Shown: positions 48,940 to 55,262, numbered from the stretch's first letter. The stretch is DNA of 64,000 nucleotides from a virus (IMGVR_UViG_3300033074_001483:21517-85516); one strand, 5' to 3'. Numbers and translations are program-made. The notes: generated by a model from the letters alone, not told the origin.

Positions 48940-49028
48940 TGGTGCAGCCGACAGGATTCGAACCTGCGTGGGAAATGGTTATCCATCAGCTTAAAAGGCT
49001 GTTGCCTCGGCCACTTGGCTACGACTGC
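48940..49028 (-). tRNA. tRNA(TTT) (Lys anticodon) on a type II-like scaffold
   Basis: Loop CT-TTT-AA; Leu/Tyr-type D arm; ~18-nt variable region; A73; CCA. Confidence 0.85.
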
Positions 49029-49435
49029 ATTTGACGTTTTTTCCACTCCAACTTTCTATGACAATTGGAGCAAATAACATCGCATTTTTCAATTTCAGCA
49101 AGAAGTTTCTCTTTTGGCCATCCAGCATAAACAGCCTTGCTGATTTCCATCTCTTTTGTAGATGGGTCTCGATGATGAAAATCCAATGTAGCAATATGAA
49201 TTTCTGGGCATAGCAAACATTTGGATTTTGCTTTGATGTCATTGACTAAATCCAGAAGCTCCGCTTTTTTGCTCTTGATATATGCCTTGTGTTTTTGTTT
49301 ATTTGAGGCATAGTATTTCTTGGATGATTTGCGATTACACTCTCGGCACACGCCCTGCAATCCATCTTTTTTGGATGCTTTGCGATTAAACTCGGAGAGC
49401 GGTTTTTTCTTTTTACAAGTATTACATCGTTTCAT
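49019..49435 (-). CDS. HNH homing endonuclease
   Basis: CLLCPE..LDFHH..EIEKCDVICSNCH; TAG stop inside the tRNA. Confidence 0.88.
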   Translation of the reverse strand: MKRCNTCKKKKPLSEFNRKASKKDGLQGVCRECNRKSSKKYYASNKQKHKAYIKSKKAELLDLVNDIKAKSKCLLCPEIHIATLDFHHRDPSTKEMEISKAVYAGWPKEKLLAEIEKCDVICSNCHRKLEWKKRQMQS

Positions 49436-49487
49436 ATACTCATAAATAGTGATTTTAACTCTCAAAAGAGTTAAAATCCAAAAGAAC

Positions 49488-49622
49488 TAGATACGGTTTT
49501 TTTCTTCCCTTGCGGGACCGACGTTCTACATTAAACTACAGCCCCGATATGTGGCGGGGCCGACTGGGTTTGTCCAGTACTTGCGGTTTGACATAAGAAT
49601 GTTTTCTTGCTGTCCGTATCTA
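49488..49622 (-). ncRNA. Circularly permuted tRNA-like RNA (Asp-like) in an RCAGCWA helix, 135 nt
   Basis: 3' half + GCCA, 6-nt linker, then 5' half; 9-bp closing helix. Confidence 0.8.
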
Positions 49623-49630
49623 AATTGAAT

Positions 49631-49860
49631 GGGAAAGATAGTGTGCTATTACGCCAAAGACCTCAGACCGTCGCTTTCTCTTTCTCTTTGATTAGAATGA
49701 TTTGCTGCTTCTGCCTGTACCTCTGACGAGATACGAATGCGATACTTGCGATTAGGTGTGCCTCTATCCCTATGTTTCCACGGGGCGAAAAAAGACAAAC
49801 ATTTGCACTCAGTCACTCATTATAGGATTGCTGCCTCTAAGCCAACCTCCTAACTTTCCT
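49631..49860 (-). ncRNA. 23S rRNA L11-binding (H43-H44) domain mimic with internal insertion
   Basis: GGAGGTTGGCTTAGAGGCAGCAATCCT..GAGTG and GCGTAATAGCACACT, closed by GGAAAG/CTTTCC. Confidence 0.75.
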
Positions 49861-49865
49861 CAAAT

Positions 49866-49942
49866 TGGTAGCCCCACTCGGCATCGAACCGAGTTTCTCT
49901 GCTTGAAAAACAGAAGTCCTTACCAGACTAGACGATGGGGCC
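49866..49942 (-). tRNA. tRNA-Glu(TTC), copy 2
   Basis: TCTGT-TTTTCAA-GCAGA; CCA. Confidence 0.9.
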
Positions 49943-49950
49943 ATAAAAGC

Positions 49951-50085
49951 AAGATGCGTTTTTTTGTAGGCTTTCGCCGACTCCTGCTCTACTCACTGAG
50001 CTACCCAGCCATATGGTGGCTGAGGGTGGATTTGCACACACCGACACGGAGTTCCTCATACATTTTGTTTAGCTGTACGCATCTT
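49951..50085 (-). ncRNA. Circularly permuted tRNA-like RNA (Phe-derived) in an RCAGCWA helix, 135 nt
   Basis: 3' half + ACCA, 3-nt linker TAT, then 5' half; 9-bp closing helix. Confidence 0.82.
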
Positions 50086-50089
50086 AAAG

Positions 50090-50164
50090 TGGCCCGGACA
50101 ATCGGTAACGCTCCGATCTCTTCAGTTTTTCAGACTGACGCTAATCTATCTCAGCTATGTCCGG
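50090..50164 (-). tRNA. tRNA-Phe(GAA)
   Basis: TCAGT-CTGAAAA-ACTGA; T-loop AGCGTTA; G73; CCA. Confidence 0.85.
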
Positions 50165-50229
50165 AAATATCAATAGGCATCATCACGGGTACTCTTGAAT
50201 AGGTATTTGATAACCATTGATATAGAAAT

Positions 50230-50305
50230 TGGTCCCGCCCCCCGGTATCGAGCCGGGTTGTCTCGCTCTTCAGGCGAGTGCATTGACCTCAATTGCTTGA
50301 GCGGG
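50230..50305 (-). tRNA. tRNA-Phe(GAA), copy 2
   Basis: CTCGC-CTGAAGA-GCGAG; CCA. Confidence 0.85.
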
Positions 50306-50416
50306 GAAAACGAATAGCTGCTACTACCGCACCGCAATTGTCAGCACGGATTTGCCTTATTTAACCGATCCTATCGGCACTAGACGTGCTGTACAACCTA
50401 GTACAACACGACAAAT

Positions 50417-50491
50417 TGGTACACCCATCAGGACTCGAACCCGAAACTCTACGTTCGAAGCGTAGAATGATTTCCATTTCACCATGAGTGC
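50417..50491 (-). tRNA. tRNA-Arg(TCG)
   Basis: CTACG-CTTCGAA-CGTAG; CCA. Confidence 0.92.
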
Positions 50492-50759
50492 ATTGAAGAC
50501 GCTTATTTTAGAGCGGCTAACGTCGTCCCGCCCCAACATGCGTCACGATTTACAACAAAAATGTTGTATTTCGTGAAACCGATGATCATCGTTGTTTATC
50601 GGTGTTGAAAAGACACCCGCAGAACGGGTGTCCAACTTTTTCCACCATTGGTGGATAAGATATTGCTCGCAGGGCACCCAAGATACGAGTGTCTTCTTTA
50701 CTCCGTCTGTGCTGACTGGAAGTACTACTCCACTTGGCCTGTAGCAAATTGTTTAAGAA

Positions 50760-50835
50760 TGGCTCCTCCCGCAGGACTTGAACCTGCAACCTACTGGTTA
50801 ACAGCCAGTCGCTACTACCATTGAGCTAGAGAGGA
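50760..50835 (-). tRNA. tRNA-Asn(GTT)
   Basis: ACTGG-CTGTTAA-CCAGT; CCA. Confidence 0.95.
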
Positions 50836-50843
50836 ATGTAAAT

Positions 50844-50939
50844 TGGCTCTCGGGGATGGACTCGAACCACCATACGGGCTATCACGCCCGATTGCACGGC
50901 ATTAACAGTGCCGCCACTTACCAATTAGTGTACCCGAGA
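50844..50939 (-). tRNA. tRNA-Asn(GTT) with long variable arm
   Basis: CGGCA-CTGTTAA-TGCCG; variable hairpin CGGGC/GCCCG; G73; CCA. Confidence 0.85.
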
Positions 50940-50940
50940 A

Positions 50941-51103
50941 TGGCTCCAACAACGAGACTCGAACTCGCACATCCAGCTCAAATTGCCGGAATGCTTCCTA
51001 CTAGAAATGCGGAGTGTTTTCATGCTTACTTCATCATCCTTATTACGTAATTCGGGATGCCTTCATCCATTACTTCTCCGACTAGCGATTACATCATGCT
51101 GGA
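50941..51103 (-). ncRNA. Oversized tRNA-like RNA (163 nt)
   Basis: 7-bp acceptor TCCAGCA/TGTTGGA + GCCA; canonical T arm; ~115-nt core with CTAG and CGGAG/CTCCG helices. Confidence 0.75.
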
Positions 51104-51111
51104 ATTGAAAG

Positions 51112-51201
51112 TGGTGCCAGAATTTGGATTTGAACCAATACATACCTGTGGTTTATTGCGGCAAACATCTTGATGAAAAGCTAGATGTCTTTTCATTCTG
51201 G
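51112..51201 (-). ncRNA. tRNA-like RNA (90 nt) without canonical D or anticodon arms
   Basis: GCCAGAA/TTCTGGC + ACCA; TTCAAAT T-loop; 8-bp AGACATCT/AGATGTTT arm. Confidence 0.65.
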
Positions 51202-51207
51202 CGTAAA

Positions 51208-51285
51208 GTGGTGGGGTAGGGAGAATCGAACTCCCAACCGCTTGTGTGTAGGACAAGCACTCTTCCGTGTTGAGATTACCACCCC
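51208..51285 (-). tRNA. tRNA-Val(TAC), copy 2 (C33)
   Basis: CTTGT-CCTACAC-ACAAG; CCA. Confidence 0.8.
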
Positions 51286-51348
51286 GAAGAACTTGGCTGA
51301 TTTTCTTGACTCATTTAAGGTGTCCCTAAACACCACCGAGTTCAAAAA

Positions 51349-51433
51349 TGGTGGGCGGGATACCTCGTCATTATTTAGACAAAATCACAAGTAGAATCCT
51401 CAGATTCAGTTGTATGTCTATCAGACGCCGCCC
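51349..51433 (-). ncRNA. CCA-terminated irregular hairpin RNA
   Basis: GGGCGG/CCGCCC + ACCA; nested TAGACA/TGTCTA and GAATC/GATTC stems. Confidence 0.45.
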
Positions 51434-51439
51434 ATAAAT

Positions 51440-51523
51440 TGGTGGGAGCGCAAGGAATCGAACCTTGTACCTATGCGGGTTAGACGGGTTACAGCCGCCC
51501 GAGGCCCATGCCACTTCACTCCC
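51440..51523 (-). tRNA. tRNA-Tyr(GTA)
   Basis: GGCGG-CTGTAAC-CCGTC; variable arm; CCA. Confidence 0.85.
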
Positions 51524-51884
51524 AAACATCCATATACACACCACCATTTGTATCATCAATGATTTCGGTAGCGTGATATTTTTTTGCAAGCTCCATCAGA
51601 GAATCTGACTGAACTTTAGAAGGTCTTTTTCCTTTGCGAGTATTGAAGTGAACTCCATTAACTCCAAGATAACCGAAAATTGAAACTCTTATCCAACCCA
51701 AATCGTACATCGCACCATAAACATCTTCGGGTGCTTTGCCGAATTGAGTCATTGAAAGATATTGTGCTGCCCAAGGCGCATGACCTTCACGAGGAACACG
51801 GGTGATTTTTCCATCGGGGTCCATCCAAATGAAAATCTCTTGAATGTGCTCTGCTTCACGCAATAATAATTTGAGCTTTATCAT
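51516..51884 (-). CDS. Hypothetical protein
   Basis: 122 aa; stop overlaps the tRNA-Tyr 5' end. Confidence 0.55.
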   Translation of the reverse strand: MIKLKLLLREAEHIQEIFIWMDPDGKITRVPREGHAPWAAQYLSMTQFGKAPEDVYGAMYDLGWIRVSIFGYLGVNGVHFNTRKGKRPSKVQSDSLMELAKKYHATEIIDDTNGGVYMDVWE

Positions 51885-52204
51885 CGGTCCTTGCGTTCAA
51901 TGTCATCCATTCCCATGATGACTGGTTTCACACCTTCAAGTAATTTGGCAACCATTTGAAGTTGAACCAGTGCTCCACGAGTATTGGGTAACGGACCATG
52001 AAGACGTGGAGAATAAAGAGAAGGAAAATCCATCATCTCATTGATGACATCTTCAAGAGCAGAAATCATTTTGAACCAAGGTTCACCAGTCATTGTTCTG
52101 GTAGAAATACCATCATGAAGATGCTCAAGATTTACTCTTCCCTCTGCGAGAAGAGCTTTTTGTACTTCTTCCTTGATTAGTGCCTTGAGTTGTTCTGGAT
52201 TCAT
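51881..52204 (-). CDS. Hypothetical protein
   Basis: 107 aa; TATTTATA 3 nt before the ATG. Confidence 0.55.
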   Translation of the reverse strand: MNPEQLKALIKEEVQKALLAEGRVNLEHLHDGISTRTMTGEPWFKMISALEDVINEMMDFPSLYSPRLHGPLPNTRGALVQLQMVAKLLEGVKPVIMGMDDIERKDR

Positions 52205-52234
52205 ATCTATAAATATGACTCAGATTGCCAAAAG

Positions 52235-52309
52235 TGGCTGGGGCAGAAGGAGTCGAACCCTCACTAGCTGGGTAACAACCAGTCGTGCTACCATTGACAC
52301 TACACCCCA
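52235..52309 (-). tRNA. tRNA-Asn(GTT), copy 3
   Basis: Loop TT-GTT-AC; U1:A72, G73; CCA. Confidence 0.88.
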
Positions 52310-52566
52310 ATAAATCACTTATTACTACCAACTTCCTTCTCAAGTTCGCTGGCACGAGATTCCAATGCCAAACGTTGAGCGGCGACGAGTTCGCCAGTAG
52401 CGAGTTTCTTACGACATCTCTTCAAACGATTGCGCTTTCTTCCGATAATGTGTGCTGCATTCATATACTTTTTCCTTTTGAAATTGGTGCGTTCTCTCCC
52501 GCCGCCAAGCTTCCATCCCCGCTGTACTGGCGGTTAGGGATTGCAGGGTGCTTTACCTGTTGAATC

Positions 52567-52651
52567 TGGTGCCCAAGGACGGATTCGAACCGACAAAAGA
52601 TAGGACGTTTTAAGTGTCCCGGTTGTACCAGCTTCCCTTATCCACTTGGGC
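52567..52651 (-). tRNA. tRNA-Leu(TAA), enlarged D-loop, short variable region
   Basis: Loop CT-TAA-AA; CCA. Confidence 0.83.
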
Positions 52652-52656
52652 GAAAT

Positions 52657-52743
52657 TGGTGCGCCGTGATGGAGTCGAACCACCCGAGCCTTAAAGACAA
52701 CAGATTTACAGTCTGTCCCGCTACCCCTACGGTATAACGACGC
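52657..52743 (-). tRNA. tRNA-Tyr(GTA), copy 2
   Basis: ACAGA-CTGTAAA-TCTGT; variable arm; CCA. Confidence 0.93.
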
Positions 52744-52847
52744 ATGATGATAAATAGTGTATGGGGATGGGGATTCTCCAACATTTTCGTGGTGGTCCCG
52801 AGCTAACGGGGTCACGATATTCTGTAGTTTGAATTACCCATACAAAT

Positions 52848-52920
52848 TGGTCCTCCAGAGGAGACTTGAACTCCTATACTGCGCTCATCAGGCACAGGGA
52901 CTACATTATCTTACCGGAGG
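52848..52920 (-). tRNA. tRNA-Ile(GAT) with G37
   Basis: TGTGC-CTGATGA-GCGCA; CCA. Confidence 0.8.
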
Positions 52921-52924
52921 AAAT

Positions 52925-52999
52925 TGGTAGCCCATGTCGGTGCTGCCCCGACGTTTTTAGATTGAGAATCTAATGTCCTAGCTGTTAGACGAATGGGCC
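52925..52999 (-). tRNA. tRNA-Glu(CTC)
   Basis: TTAGA-TTCTCAA-TCTAA; T-loop GGCAGCA; CCA. Confidence 0.88.
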
Positions 53000-53079
53000 A
53001 AAACGGCGTACTCAGGGGTTTCACGAGCGTTCCACAAGTTACGTACGATACCTTGTGTCTATCCCTTTCTGCTACAAAA

Positions 53080-53154
53080 TGGTGCTGCACCCGAGAGTCG
53101 CACTCGGAATTCAACCTTCGCAGGGTCGTGTGATATCTATTTCACCAGCGCAGC
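53080..53154 (-). tRNA. tRNA-Arg(GCG)
   Basis: CGACC-CTGCGAA-GGTTG; CCA. Confidence 0.88.
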
Positions 53155-53161
53155 GTGGTTT

Positions 53162-53224
53162 TGGTGTAAGAAATTGGTTTGAAGCTGTTCACATCTTGAC
53201 AAGATGCTATTATTTTCTTACCCA
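53162..53224 (-). ncRNA. Armless mini-tRNA-like RNA of the RCAGCWA family (Asp anticodon loop, ACCA end)
   Basis: GTAAGAAA/TTTCTTAC + ACCA; GCATC-TTGTCAA-GATGT then GA-ACAGC. Confidence 0.6.
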
Positions 53225-53228
53225 AAAT

Positions 53229-53313
53229 TGGTACACTCGGAGAGACTTGAACTCTCATATAGCTTTCGCTCTTGGTTCGTAGCCAAGTGCCAATCCAGTT
53301 TGACGACGAGTGC
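53229..53313 (-). tRNA. tRNA-Arg(ACG) with extra variable hairpin
   Basis: CTTGG-CTACGAA-CCAAG; AGC-GAAA-GCT; CCA. Confidence 0.85.
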
Positions 53314-53374
53314 ATAAATTTGCGAGGTTCTTCCCCTCGCCGTTCCCAATCTTTCGATCAGACTAGGAACAAAT

Positions 53375-53450
53375 TGGCTCCCTCTGCACGAATCGAACAT
53401 GCGCTTCCGAGTTCAAAGCTCGGGTTGCTACCATTACAAACCAAGAGGGA
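53375..53450 (-). tRNA. tRNA-Gln(TTG), copy 2
   Basis: CCGAG-CTTTGAA-CTCGG; CCA. Confidence 0.88.
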
Positions 53451-53455
53451 ATGAG

Positions 53456-53506
53456 TGCCTGCCTACAGGCTTAGCGGTCTTATTGGTCGCCTACGACCAT
53501 AACGGT
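53456..53506 (-). repeat. GTAGGC double-hairpin element, copy 2
   Basis: Matches 44713..44763. Confidence 0.75.
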
Positions 53507-53513
53507 TTTAGAT

Positions 53514-53587
53514 TGGTCGTAGTACGTGGTACTGCCCCACGGTCTAGCGATTATCAGTCGCTTGCTCTACTTTTGAGCTATACTACG
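53514..53587 (-). tRNA. tRNA-Ile(GAT)
   Basis: AGCGA-CTGATAA-TCGCT; T-loop GGCAGTA; CCA. Confidence 0.9.
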
Positions 53588-53980
53588 TTTGCTTTGGAGA
53601 TATAAAGCTCCTTCTCGCATTCTTTTTCTACCTTCGTGAGAAGCATTTTTTACTCCCCACGTTTCTGTTTGAGTATGACAGTTGGGACAAATCATTCTCA
53701 AATTTTCACGGCGGTTATCTTTTTTGTTTCCGTTGATGTGGTCTATTTGAAGACGTAGTGGTTTTTTGTTCCACTCCATTCCTTGTCCACATTCTCCACA
53801 AACCTGTGGAAAGTTTTCATATATCCACCGCCTCATTTGTTTATTCATTGTAGAACCAAGAACAAGACGTTGACTTATGGTATAATCACCACGGCATTTG
53901 TTAGAACAAAATTTTCCACGAGTTTGACTTGGGCGGAATTCAAACTGTTTCTTACAGAATTGGCAGATTGCTTCTTGCAT
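53567..53980 (-). CDS. HNH homing endonuclease
   Basis: CGECG..LQIDHINGNKKDNRRENLRMICPNCHTQT; stop inside tRNA-Ile. Confidence 0.9.
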   Translation of the reverse strand: MQEAICQFCKKQFEFRPSQTRGKFCSNKCRGDYTISQRLVLGSTMNKQMRRWIYENFPQVCGECGQGMEWNKKPLRLQIDHINGNKKDNRRENLRMICPNCHTQTETWGVKNASHEGRKRMREGALYLQSKRSIAQK

Positions 53981-54031
53981 ACCAATACATATTAGACTCC
54001 TACCTCAAACACATAGAAGTCTAACGTAAAG

Positions 54032-54106
54032 TGGCCCTCCATACGAGACTCGCACTCGTTACTTGATCGTGACAGGATCATATGATACCTCATTCAACAA
54101 TGGAGG
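54032..54106 (-). tRNA. tRNA-Asp(GTC), copy 2
   Basis: TGATC-CTGTCAC-GATCA; G73; CCA. Confidence 0.88.
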
Positions 54107-54109
54107 AAA

Positions 54110-54183
54110 TGGCGGCCCAACGGGGTTACGCTCCCCGGACTTCCGATAGACAGTCGGTTAGGTTACTATTACTTTACTGGGCC
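54110..54183 (-). tRNA. tRNA-Asp(GTC), copy 3 (U37)
   Basis: Loop CT-GTC-TA; G73; CCA. Confidence 0.8.
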
Positions 54184-54187
54184 ATAC

Positions 54188-54246
54188 GAGATACATTTTC
54201 TTTGTTTGCTTAACAGGCAAGTAGAATTGGTTGCTGTGAGTATCTC
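54188..54246 (-). ncRNA. RCAGCWA mini-RNA with Asn anticodon stem-loop
   Basis: GAGATAC/GTATCTC; ACAGCAA; TTGC-CTGTTAA-GCAA. Confidence 0.72.
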
Positions 54247-54316
54247 AAAAATCGCCGTGTCCCACAAGATAGTGAGATGATCGCTCACGAATTGCGAGCA
54301 CGGACTAAAAAGGACT

Positions 54317-54370
54317 AGGTGCTGTTTTTTCATTTTACAGATGAATGATTTTTGCTTGCTGCAAGCACCT
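54317..54370 (-). ncRNA. RCAGCWA mini-RNA with Tyr anticodon stem-loop
   Basis: AGGTGCT/AGCACCT; GCAGCAA; TTCAT-CTGTAAA-ATGAA. Confidence 0.72.
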
Positions 54371-54375
54371 AAAAG

Positions 54376-54453
54376 TGGTCTCCCAGAGAGGATTTGAACC
54401 TCCATTATTCATGCTCCCAAAGCATGTGCCATACCAAGTTAGGCGACTGAGAG
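54376..54453 (-). tRNA. tRNA-Pro(TGG), copy 3
   Basis: CATGC-TTTGGGA-GCATG; CCA. Confidence 0.92.
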
Positions 54454-54458
54454 GAAAT

Positions 54459-54537
54459 TGGTGCGCCGGGTGGGTACTGCCCCCACACGAATCGTCTGGT
54501 TAAGAGCCAGCTGCCCGTCTTTGATAGCTTCCGACGC
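54459..54537 (-). tRNA. tRNA-Lys(CTT), copy 2
   Basis: Loop CT-CTT-AA; T-loop GGCAGTA; CCA. Confidence 0.85.
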
Positions 54538-54546
54538 ATTTGAAAT

Positions 54547-54621
54547 TGGGGTGATAGACGGGAGTTGAACCCGCTCCTTGAGTTCCACAAACTCAGGTAC
54601 TGCCGTTATACGACTACCACC
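54547..54621 (-). tRNA. tRNA-His(GTG)
   Basis: Loop TT-GTG-GA; G-1, C73; CCA. Confidence 0.92.
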
Positions 54622-54680
54622 ATAAGAGAGGCTCGTTCGGGCAAGCCTCGGGCAAAGGATACTATCCTCTGCGGGGAAAT

Positions 54681-54755
54681 TGGGGTGGATAACGGGTTAC
54701 GCTCCCGCTCTAACAGCTTCACAGGCTGTGATGCTACTATTACAACATATCCACC
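54681..54755 (-). tRNA. tRNA-His(GTG), copy 2
   Basis: ACAGC-CTGTGAA-GCTGT; G-1, C73; CCA. Confidence 0.9.
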
Positions 54756-54763
54756 ATACAAAT

Positions 54764-54840
54764 TGGCAGGCGCAGCAGGATTCGAACCTGCACCAGCGGT
54801 TTTGGAGACCGTCATGCTAGCCGTTAAACACCATACGCCT
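54764..54840 (-). tRNA. tRNA-Trp(CCA)
   Basis: Loop CT-CCA-AA; G73; CCA. Confidence 0.93.
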
Positions 54841-54848
54841 ATTGAAAT

Positions 54849-54924
54849 TGGTGCTGCCAAAGGGACTTGAACCCTTAACCCTCGGATTAAAAGTCCGATG
54901 CTCTACCAATTGAGCTACGACAGC
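54849..54924 (-). tRNA. tRNA-Lys(TTT)
   Basis: TCGGA-CTTTTAA-TCCGA; canonical; CCA. Confidence 0.95.
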
Positions 54925-55262
54925 ATTGAAAAATGATATTTATGATGACATCTCCTACACAAAACTTTCAAATCGGAGAGTTGTACATCATAGAGATTGT
55001 GATATTGAAGATGATGTGGTTCTATTCGCTTATGACTTCCGCATTCTTCGCAAAGTGGATGGAGAAGAAGTTTGATAGCACGAAGTATTTTCCAGTGTGT
55101 AGAATGAAGATATTGTTGTCTGTAAAAATCTCTATCTCCATAGTAATAACGATACTTATTTCGTTTCTTACCACACGATTGAATTCTTCGTCTGCGAGAT
55201 TTTGGTCTCGTAGGAATGAAGTATTTTCGTGCTCTAACAAGAGTACTTGATGCTGTGAACAT
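54915..55262 (-). CDS. HNH endonuclease
   Basis: CEECG..EPHHLQY..DLKVLCRRCHHKYH; TAG stop inside tRNA-Lys. Confidence 0.85.
   Translation of the reverse strand: MFTASSTLVRARKYFIPTRPKSRRRRIQSCGKKRNKYRYYYGDRDFYRQQYLHSTHWKILRAIKLLLHPLCEECGSHKRIEPHHLQYHNLYDVQLSDLKVLCRRCHHKYHFSMLS

Noticed and set aside
49488-49860. Two-piece (permuted) tmRNA, with a tag-like frame AEAANHSNQRERESDGLRSLA-stop at about 49650-49715
   Set aside because: The acceptor has G3:C70 and G73 rather than G3:U70/A73, a real D stem is present, and the LA-stop arises from the rRNA-like GCGTAA. Not supported as tmRNA, although cmsearch would settle it.
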